Shown here: positions 55,518 to 64,000 of the stretch, piece by piece
Position numbering within the stretch: the first letter of the stretch is position 1
Layout: each line of letters begins with the position of its first letter
DNA from: Cyanobacteria bacterium P01_F01_bin.150
Lineage (GTDB): Bacteria > Cyanobacteriota > Cyanobacteriia > CAKZMO01
Direction of reading: 5' to 3'
DNA length: 64,000 nucleotides
NCBI GenBank assembly: GCA_039189765.1
Contig: JBCCYL010000010.1
Location: forward strand, 32,001-96,000
Notes under the pieces: generated by a model
Told to the model about the DNA's origin: nothing
The model's input: only the letters and a program-made list of their open reading frames with translations
The model's database searches: none
Position numbers and translations under genes: made by a program

Positions 55518-58250
55518 ATGTCTGACGCATTAAATGAACTGTGGGACTCTGCGATCGCCAAGTGTTGCCAGGAACCCATCCACACCCCAGGCACCATCCA
55601 GTCGTTTGGAGCTTTGATTGTTACGGATTTGGCCTTGGATATTATTACCCATGTATCAGCGAACCTAACCCAGATGTTAGGAATAGATATGTCTAGCCAA
55701 ACTTTGGATGACACAGAGGCGGATAAAAGTGTCGAACAATCTGCGATAGATGAGGGAAAGGCTTCTATCCATTCACAACACTGGGGTAGTACAGAAGAGA
55801 TTTTAGGGCGATCGCTCAACACAGTCCTTCCTCCTGAATTGACCCATGAGCTGGCCAATGTCTGTGGATTACCTTGGATTAGCACTCAGCGAGAACAGAT
55901 CGGAGTTTATGGGATTAATGGGCAATCGTTCCATATCTGTGTCCATGTTCAGGGCAATCGGACTCTAATTGAGATAGAGCCGCTACAAGACACCGTAGAA
56001 CGGAGTCAGACCCTAGTCTCACGTATAAAGGCTCTCCTCCAGAGCGATCGGGATATGCAAATGGTTCTAACCCACTGTGCGGAGGAACTACGCAACGCAA
56101 CAGGCTTTGATCGGATTATGGTCTATCAGTTCCTGGAGGATGGTGCGGGCGAAGTCATTGCAGAAGCCCGCTCTAACGAGATAGAGAGTTTTCTTCATTT
56201 AAGATTTCCGGCAACCGATATTCCAGACTCAGCTCGGCAAATCTTTCGTAAAATCGCGGTCCGCCCGATTCCAGACCTGAATACGCCCTTAGTTCCCCTT
56301 ATTGCCTGGAATAAAACGGAAGCGCCTCTCGATTTATCCCGAGTATCTCTTCGAGGAGCCACTGTAGTCCATACGCAAGAGTATCTGCCCAATATGGGCA
56401 TCGCCAGTAGTATGGCCTTGGCCATTACTATTGAGGGTAAACTATGGGGCCTTTTTGCGTTTCATCATCGTCAACCCAAACTACTATCTCCTCAGTTCAG
56501 ATCCGTTGTTGAATTATCTGGTCTGCTGATCTCTTTATACATACAACAAAAGCTCACTGAGGCAGACTTCAGATGTCAGCAAGATGCCTCTAGACTGCTT
56601 AGCCAAATGTTTGCTCAACAGGTTAAAGCCGATGGAGATTGGCAGGCTCTGATTGTAAACGCAATGCCCCAGATCTGCGACTTGCTATCCTCCAATGGGC
56701 TTGCATTCATAATGAATGGACAGGTTTTGGCGACTCATGGTGATGTCCCAGAACCCTTAATCCTCTTAACTCTGATTGAACAGACTGACGCACAAGGGGA
56801 TAAATACGGTTGGGCCATTGACAGTTTGCCCAAACTCAAGCATTCGCACAAAATTCCTAATGTAGATTGGCAACGTATTGCGGGGGCGTTATTTTTACCC
56901 ATTGAGTTTAATGGCTCCCATTATCTAGTTTTCTTTCGCAATGAACGGATTTGTGAGGTTATCTGGGCAGGAAATCCCAATGAACAACAACTTGTCCAGA
57001 GAAAAAATATAACGGGTGTTCAAATGCGCCCCCAACGGTCCTTTAATGCCTATAAGCAATTGGTTTCAGGATACTGCCGCCCTTGGTCGCGTCAGGATCG
57101 TGCCTTGGTGCAAGAGTTGGGTAATGCTCTGGAAAATCAAGTTTTCTCGCAAGAGCGCCAAAGTTTATTGATTGCAGAACTAAAGCATCGTGTCAAAAAT
57201 ATTTTGGCATTGATTAATTCCGTGGCTCATCAAACTCGACGTTCCAGTCAATCCATCGATCAGTATGTGCAAGTGCTAGAGCGACGAATTTCTTCCTTGG
57301 CGATGGCCCACGAGCTGGTTACCCGGAGAGAACTATCTTGGCCAAGGCTACAGGATTTGTTTGAATTAGAACTACATCCTTACTTAAGGAGTGAATGGGA
57401 AGATGCTAAAGATGGTGCTGGAAACAGCAACTGTTCGTCTATTCAGGTGAACTTAACAGGGCCAGAGGTCGTTCTCAACTCAAGTTTTGTTCCTACTTTT
57501 ATTCTGGTTATCCATGAACTAGTATCTAATGCCGTGAAGTATGGGGCATTATCGGTCCCAGAAGGACAGTTGACAATTCAATGGTTCAAAGATCGTGGCG
57601 GTCTCACGTTGCTGTGGAGGGAAGCCAACGGTCCCAGAGTTGCCCCCCCCGATATGGATAGACGTGGCTTTGGTTCTGAGTTAATCAAGCGAGCGATTCC
57701 CTATGAATTTGACGGAGAAGCTAACCTTTGCTTTGCTCCCTCAGGGTTGGAAGTTAATTTTTGGCTTCCTCAAAAGTTAGTAAGATGGGAATTGCGCAAT
57801 TTATCCTCAACAGATGCTGCCCAATCTAAATTGGATAAGCCAGAGGATCAGGGTAACGTGGTCTCTTCTCAAACGTTAGCAAACGTGGATCAAGGAGAGG
57901 TCCTTCTGGTGGAAGACAATATGTTAATTGCTATTGAAATGGAAACTCTTCTGAGGAAATTTGGATTTAGCACTGTTGATTCGGTTCCAACAGTGGACCG
58001 AGCCATGAAGCTGCTGCACCGCGACAAAAAAACGTATCGATTTTGCCTGCTGGATATCAATCTAAAAACAGAAACGAGCTTTGCGATCGCTTACCATCTA
58101 ATCCAAACAAAAACACGACTTGCTTTTGTCAGCGGCTATAGTTCCAAACACTCTATTCCTGATGATTTAAGGGATATTTCCCTGTTAAAAAAGCCAGTTG
58201 ACTTCAGTAAGCTTGTTGCAATGCTGCAAACGGTCCTAGCAGAAGCTTGA
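55518..58250 (+). CDS. Bacteriophytochrome PAS-GAF-PHY-HWE kinase-REC
   Basis: CCQEPIHTPGTIQ, GFDRIMVYQF, FPATDIP, H..EYL.NMG, WAG, ELKHRVKN H-box, WRE..GP, C-terminal receiver. Confidence 0.9.
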   Translation: MSDALNELWDSAIAKCCQEPIHTPGTIQSFGALIVTDLALDIITHVSANLTQMLGIDMSSQTLDDTEADKSVEQSAIDEGKASIHSQHWGSTEEILGRSLNTVLPPELTHELANVCGLPWISTQREQIGVYGINGQSFHICVHVQGNRTLIEIEPLQDTVERSQTLVSRIKALLQSDRDMQMVLTHCAEELRNATGFDRIMVYQFLEDGAGEVIAEARSNEIESFLHLRFPATDIPDSARQIFRKIAVRPIPDLNTPLVPLIAWNKTEAPLDLSRVSLRGATVVHTQEYLPNMGIASSMALAITIEGKLWGLFAFHHRQPKLLSPQFRSVVELSGLLISLYIQQKLTEADFRCQQDASRLLSQMFAQQVKADGDWQALIVNAMPQICDLLSSNGLAFIMNGQVLATHGDVPEPLILLTLIEQTDAQGDKYGWAIDSLPKLKHSHKIPNVDWQRIAGALFLPIEFNGSHYLVFFRNERICEVIWAGNPNEQQLVQRKNITGVQMRPQRSFNAYKQLVSGYCRPWSRQDRALVQELGNALENQVFSQERQSLLIAELKHRVKNILALINSVAHQTRRSSQSIDQYVQVLERRISSLAMAHELVTRRELSWPRLQDLFELELHPYLRSEWEDAKDGAGNSNCSSIQVNLTGPEVVLNSSFVPTFILVIHELVSNAVKYGALSVPEGQLTIQWFKDRGGLTLLWREANGPRVAPPDMDRRGFGSELIKRAIPYEFDGEANLCFAPSGLEVNFWLPQKLVRWELRNLSSTDAAQSKLDKPEDQGNVVSSQTLANVDQGEVLLVEDNMLIAIEMETLLRKFGFSTVDSVPTVDRAMKLLHRDKKTYRFCLLDINLKTETSFAIAYHLIQTKTRLAFVSGYSSKHSIPDDLRDISLLKKPVDFSKLVAMLQTVLAEA

Positions 58251-58265
58251 TATGAGACGAAATTT

Positions 58266-58697
58266 ATGGCTAACATTTTAATAATGGAAGATGATATTGC
58301 CTTAGCTACTTACTGGCAAAATTTCCTAGAAATGCATGATCATCGAGTGGTTTGCTGTTCTACCGTAGCTCGCACCATTGAACAAACCTCCTATATGGAC
58401 GTTGATCTAATCATTGCCGATATGATGATTAAGGTCGATGGAGAGCTTGTGCCGGAGGGGGGACTAACCCTTCTTTGTAAAAGAATTACAGGTGCTTTGC
58501 CTTCTGTGCCTATCCTTGGGGTAAGCGGTCGCAAACCTGATCCGAAGATATATGCAACTTCTCCTCTACAGATTGCCGAAGGAATGGGGATTGATATGGT
58601 CCTTTATAAGCCTATTCCCCTAGAGATCCTTTTGGATGCAATTGAACAGCTTCTAGCTAAGCTCAACACCTCTAAACCCAATTCAAGCCCTGAGTAA
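58266..58697 (+). CDS. Single-domain response regulator
   Basis: LIMEDD, IIADM, VSG, KP. Confidence 0.85.
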   Translation: MANILIMEDDIALATYWQNFLEMHDHRVVCCSTVARTIEQTSYMDVDLIIADMMIKVDGELVPEGGLTLLCKRITGALPSVPILGVSGRKPDPKIYATSPLQIAEGMGIDMVLYKPIPLEILLDAIEQLLAKLNTSKPNSSPE

Positions 58698-59516
58698 ACG
58701 GCGATCGGTAAGGATTTCATATCCAGTCTCAGTAACCAGCACCGTATGCTCAAACTGAGCAGACAGCGCTCGATCCAACGTAACCACTGTCCAGCGATCA
58801 GATAGAGTTCTAGTGTACTTAGACCCTGCGTTTAAGATAGGTTCAATCGCTAGGGTCATTCCTGGTCGCAGTTTTACATTGGGGAGCTGATAGGTTCGGA
58901 AATTAAACACCGAAGGCTCCTCATGCAGATTACTGCCTACCCCATGGCCAGTAAATTCTTCAACAATGCTAAAGCCATTCGCCTCTGCATGATCCTGCAT
59001 TGCCCCCGCCATATCTAGGAGGCGGTTGCCGGGCTTAACCTGCTCAATGCCCTTATAAAGGGTCTCTTCTGCAACTTTAGTTAATTTGGCCGCCTCTGGG
59101 GAAACCTCACCTACAGAAATAGTGATACAAGAGTCACCGTGGAAGCCTTCAAAATAGGCTCCTGTATCTACCTTGAGCAGATCCCCTGCTCGAATCACTT
59201 TCTTTTTATTGGGAATACCGTGCACGACTTCATCATTGAGGCAAGAGCAGATGGATGCAGGAAATCCGCAGTATCCTTTGAAGCTAGGGGTAGCACCCAT
59301 CTCCCGAATCCGCTTCTCCGTATACTGATCGAGATCCGCTGTCGTCATGCCCGGCTCAACCCGCTCCGCAATTTCCTGTAGAACCGTAGCGACAATAATC
59401 GAAGCCTGTCGCATAATCGCAATTTCTTCAGCAGATTTGATTGAACCGCCTCGCCGAGCCTTAGGAATACGGGGAGCTTTACGGGCACGAGGGAGGAAAT
59501 TCGTCAGAAAATTCAT
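58683..59516 (-). CDS. map: Methionine aminopeptidase type I
   Basis: VVHGIP, DTG, GDS, GHGVG..LHEEP, IEP, QFEHT. Confidence 0.96.
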   Translation of the reverse strand: MNFLTNFLPRARKAPRIPKARRGGSIKSAEEIAIMRQASIIVATVLQEIAERVEPGMTTADLDQYTEKRIREMGATPSFKGYCGFPASICSCLNDEVVHGIPNKKKVIRAGDLLKVDTGAYFEGFHGDSCITISVGEVSPEAAKLTKVAEETLYKGIEQVKPGNRLLDMAGAMQDHAEANGFSIVEEFTGHGVGSNLHEEPSVFNFRTYQLPNVKLRPGMTLAIEPILNAGSKYTRTLSDRWTVVTLDRALSAQFEHTVLVTETGYEILTDRRLLRA

Positions 59517-60369
59517 TGGTACACCATCAAACTGCCAATGTGCACATACAGGAATGCACTCTATTGTTTATAGCAACTTTCGGGCAGTCTGTGGATCGTT
59601 TCTCGGGAATTAAACTACATCCATTTAAATGCAGCTTTACTGTAATTTTGCACAGGCTTATTTTTAGGAGATTCGTTATTAGATCTGCTGTCGTCACTAC
59701 ATGAAGGGGTGGGCGAATCGCACTTTGCCGTAAATATCAATGAATACGGGGCTAGAAACGTGGATGAGGGGGCTGCGGGAGGAACGCGATCGCCGACTGA
59801 CAGAAAACCAGAATTTATCTGAGAAACATGCATAAAACTCACTTTATTTAGCACTTATAAGCCCATATCTGAAGATTTGATAAAGCCTAAGATCCGTGAA
59901 TGCTCTAGTGATAAATATTACTCTGCTGGTGTCAGGATAGCTGCAAGTAAAGCGTAATAAATATCCATTATTTTTCTATATTTAGTAATACTTCCATGCA
60001 AGATTCTCGATTATACGGTCTGAGATATCGATGAATCAATTTATGTTTCTAATTTTTAATTTAAAATTAGGAGTATGATAATAGCATTGCTGACTGTTGA
60101 TAGATAGTACCGATATGCATCCTGTTCAAATAGCTATCTACTTGTTCATTAATTTGTTTTTTCCAGTTACTTCTATTAAATTTATGCTATTTTCTCAAGG
60201 CTAGCTCAATTATCATCACTCTTGCGGCTCTCTCTAAGCGCAGGCACAGAGCATGATGCCGTTAAGCTATCTCTCAATCTTTTTTATGCCTATCGTTATC
60301 GACTATTGATTATTTGCTGAGCTAATTCCTGCAAGCGTAATGAGTGCGCTTTGGTGTTGGAGTAGCCCA

Positions 60370-60780
60370 GTGGAGCAATTTCTATTGGAACTGGGCGCAG
60401 ATTTTACGTTCGTTGCCCGTCAGAAGCGTCTACAAATTGATGATGATGATTTCTACATCGACTTGTTATTCTACAATCGCAAACTTAAACGCTTGGTTGC
60501 CATCGATTTGAAGCTGGGTAATTTTCGTGCCGAATACAAGAGCCAGATGGAACTCTATCTACGCTGGCTTGATAAATACGACCAAGAACCTGACGAACTT
60601 CCTCCTCTTGTTATCATCCTTTGTGCTGGCAAAAAGCAAGAACAAATTGAATTGTTGGAGTTGGATAAAAGTGACATCCACGTTGCCAAATATCTCACGG
60701 TTTTGCCTCCAGCTACAAAATAAGCTATATAAGGCAATTGTGAGTGCTCGTCAGCGGTTACAACAACGACAGATAAGGAA
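60370..60780 (+). pseudogene. DUF1016/YhcG PD-(D/E)xK nuclease C-terminal fragment with frameshift
   Basis: FLLELGADFTFVARQKR...IDLLFY...IDLK...QMELYL. The N-terminus is missing. The tail LQNKLYKAIVSARQRL continues in another frame after ...VLPP. Confidence 0.85.
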
Positions 60781-60852
60781 TAGATGTGCATCAACACACG
60801 CACTACAAATTGGTAGTCCTCCCCCTGGTTCGATATTCTGGAAAGATTTCCA

Positions 60853-60931
60853 GGGTTTCGGTTTAAGGCGAAACAAAAGCAACGGTAGTGTGGGCGCTCC
60901 GCACCCACACTACTCGCTTAAAGTTGATAGC
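60853..60931 (-). repeat. MITE-like element, full copy (inverted)
   Basis: Reverse complement GCTATCAACTTTAAGCGAGTAGTGTGGGTGCGGAGCGCCCACACTACCGTTGCTTTTGTTTCGCCTTAAACCGAAACCC. Confidence 0.9.
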
Positions 60932-61039
60932 GGAGTCAAATTCAGTCTTGACAAGGTGGTATTTCCATAAACAGCGAGGCCATGATTGGTGAGCTTTTAG
61001 TACAATTTTGTCAAGTATTAATTCTGGACCGGCTCTCTA

Positions 61040-61445
61040 GCAGTTTTCACCAACAAACTTTGAAAGCCACTTCTGGAAGACCGATGTAGACATTCTGGTA
61101 TGTTCTGGTACTTGAAAATAGTAGTTCTTTAGTGACGCTAAGCTAAGCAATGATGCGCTTAACAGCCTTACGCATACTCTTGTCTTGCTCCAGCACTTAG
61201 GAGAAAAATGCCCATAGAGTGACAATCGGAATGACATAATTGTGATACTGCACTCCCTCTGCCATTAAGACTTGCTCAATTTCAAACTGACACAATAAAT
61301 TCAGGAAAGGTAACTCTAAGCTCAGGGTGAACGTTTGCTTGAGAATTTTGGCTCGGTCCATCATGATAGCAAATGTTGTATTTAGCCTTCAATATTTAGA
61401 GCACCTCATCATTGAGTCTTAAAATTTCTCGTTGAAGTGCCATTT
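61040..61445 (-). mobile_element. IS4-family transposase remnant (N-terminus, with stops)
   Basis: From 61364: MMDRAKILKQTFTLSLELPF...EIEQVL...PIVTLWAFFS*VLEQDKSMRKAVKRIIA*L, resembling cyanobacterial IS4 transposase N-termini. Possible end AATGGCAC at ~61444. Confidence 0.7.
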
Positions 61446-61897
61446 TGTAGTGTGTGACAACACATCGCTTCTTGGTATCCAATGTAAGCGATGCGTTACC
61501 ACATACCTTAGTGACTATCTATTAAGGCGATTTCTCGAAATAAGTATATTAACGACGATGGGTTACGCTGTCGCTACAAGCAGGATATTCTTTTTCAGAA
61601 ATAGCCTAAGAATATCAACGCATGAGTTTCTACAGCATTTATTCTGTTCAAGGATATTTCTGAGATTATCCGGATCGAATATATAAATGAAGAACAAATA
61701 TAAGAGAGTTTTTCTATTCTAAAGACAGTAAGTCGTATTTAGAAACAACTGCACGCTTCTGGGCCAACAGTCAACATTGAAGGACCTAGGCTAAATCAAA
61801 ATTGTGACCTTGAGTCCTCAACAAATTAGTCCAAAGGCATGAAAATTCAGATGACATTAATTGAGCTTCATATTTCATAATATTCTGCATACATAAC

Positions 61898-64000
61898 ATG
61901 ACAGAAATAAATAAGCTTAATATACCTAATTCCATCATTGAATCCAATCAATCAATTGAGTTCTCACATAAATATAAGGAGATTTTGATAATGAGTGAAT
62001 CCGCTAGAAAAGCAACCAATGACAATGTAGATAGTAAATCAGTTAAGATAAGTAAAAGCTTTAAAAAATTTTTTGAAAATTATCATAGAGTAGAGTCTTA
62101 TTTGAATCTTGATAATGCAAAAAGAAAATATATAGAGCAAAATGAAGCTTGGATCAATAGGTTAGAACAAGAAGAATTTCCTGTAGCCTTCTTTGGTTCA
62201 TTCTCAGCTGGAAAATCAACTATAATAAATGCGATATTAGGAAGAGAAGTACTTCCCGAAGCAACTCAATCAACTACAGCATTCCCAACAATATTGCGCA
62301 AAGGTAATGCAGATTTTGCGTCCGTTTACTACATAGATGAAGATGCCAAGAAATTACTATGGACGCAACTTTGCTTATAAATAGAAGGAAAGATTGAAAA
62401 GAATATTGATAATATAAAAGAAGAAAGAAGTGAAAGATATTTAGACCGAATAAGAGAAGAAATATCACGATACGAAGAAACAAATAATATTACAATTGAT
62501 AGAAAGCCCTTAGAATATCTAGAAAATCTATTTGTAAATTGGAATAAAGAAGAATATAAGAAAATAAAAAGAGGAATCAATATTGCTGATCTTCAATTAT
62601 ATGTGGAAGGGCATGAGGACTCACTCTTCATCGATCGAATTGAAATCTCTTTACTAGATATCAACATTCCTTCTGATGTCATTCTAGTTGATCTCCCAGG
62701 ATTAGCTGTTTCGAACCAACGTCACATAGAATTTACAAAATACTATATCCAAGAAAAGGCTAAAGCTTTTGTCGTTTGTATGAAACCTAGACATTTATTA
62801 GAAGGACAGGAAATTCAATTTCTTGAAGCTACGAATAGAAGTAATCCTACAATTCTACAACGTTCCTTCTGGGTTATCAATCAATGGGATACTCTAGATG
62901 ATCAACAAAAACAAGAAGAAGAAGAAAACTTCAATCAGAAGATAAAACAATATGGATTTGTCATAAGTCATGAACGAGTTTTTAAATTTTCAGCATTAAA
63001 TTATCTATTACTAAGTTGCATCAAAAATAAAACAATAAATGATACAAATAAACTTAAATACCATCAGAATAATTTAGCACATATTTTCAGATTTGAAGAT
63101 GATGAAATAAATCCTGAAAATTTTCTAAATGAACAAGCTAGATTAATCCTATCTAATGAAGTTATCAAGCCTTTTTTAAGTTTCAAAAATTTATTGTTTG
63201 GGTACTTAGAAACTACGGCAAAAGATGAGTTTATTGAAGATGCAAGAGGTGAGTTAATACAGCTATTGAATATTCTCGAAACAGATTTGAGACCTCACTA
63301 CAATCATTATAGTCAAACTATTGATCTAGGAGGAGAATTACGAGCAGTTGAAGTTAGTAAACAGTCAGATTATTTCATCAATAAACTCAACGAAAAAGTA
63401 GAGGCCTTTACTCAAGAAGCAAGATCTAAATCCGAGAGTATATTTTGGGAAGATTCTAACACGTCTAAAGTTGAAAGAGAAATTAGTATAATAATTTCTG
63501 AACTCAATAGAGAGAATCTAAAAAATGAAATTTTTAGAGGTATCGATAATCAAGGAAACTTGGGCAGATTACCTTTTCTCATTGATAAAGAAATTGGATT
63601 AACCATTTTATTGAGGCAGAAAATGGTTGAAACTACTGAGAAAATATTTATTCATCTTTTAAATAAATTTCTATTAGAGTTTAAGGAAATAAATAAGGAT
63701 TACTTACCTGATTCAGTTTCAAATAAACTCACTGATAAACTCAGTAATCGAGATATTATTATGCGTCTTAATGGCCTTGCTGATTCTTTATTTTACAATT
63801 ATGGAAAAAAATTAGAGGAAATTGGTTTAAGCTTACACGAATGTGCAGGTAATACTAGAGAAGAACGTATTAATTCGGCATTGAATAAATATAAAGATGA
63901 ATTGAAAATTTTTATTAAGGAACTTGTTGATGATCTCAATAAGTATATCTCTATAAGTGTAAAAAATCATGTAGAACAATTAGAGAAAGATCTAGTAAAT
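61898..64000 (+). pseudogene. Dynamin-like GTPase gene with one in-frame TAA (62378-62380); runs off window end
   Basis: G1 GSFSAGKS and G2 PEATQSTT precede the stop. The same frame continues 540 codons without stops and contains G3 DLPG and G4 NQWD. Confidence 0.85.

Noticed and set aside
34606..59516. Two def genes plus map as an N-terminal-processing cluster
   Set aside because: The genes are 10-15 kb apart in unrelated contexts, and two def paralogs are common in cyanobacteria.
59615..59854. 79-aa minus-strand ORF upstream of map
   Set aside because: Low-complexity with no motif; cannot be supported as coding from sequence alone.
61432..61690. 84-aa ORF and an HTH-like fragment (GYSFSEIA*) in another frame
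   Set aside because: Too short and interrupted to assign.

Overview
Cyanobacterial chromosome segment, judged from the abundant HIP1 octamer GCGATCGC and from prk, petH, ndhM, nblR, sqdB/sqdX and sir. About 1-46 kb is mostly core genes plus an initiator tRNA-Met. It also holds a small accessory islet (tautomerase, a metallothionein smtA missed by the ORF track, SDR, HxlR) and a phospho-signalling/proteolysis cluster: PP2C, a HetF-like CHAT-FHA protease, a PatU3-like protein and an FHA-PrsW protease. 46-58.7 kb is a light/c-di-GMP signalling island with REC-PAS-GGDEF-EAL, an Rcp1-like regulator, a CheB-CheR-PAS kinase and a biliverdin-type phytochrome HWE kinase. 59.9-64 kb is an AT-rich accessory region with a DUF1016 pseudogene, an IS4-family remnant and a dynamin-like GTPase gene broken by one in-frame TAA. 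An ~80-bp hairpin-containing MITE-like repeat occurs about 9 times. No CRISPR array or rRNA was seen. All family assignments come from motif recognition and recalled sequences; no database searches were run.
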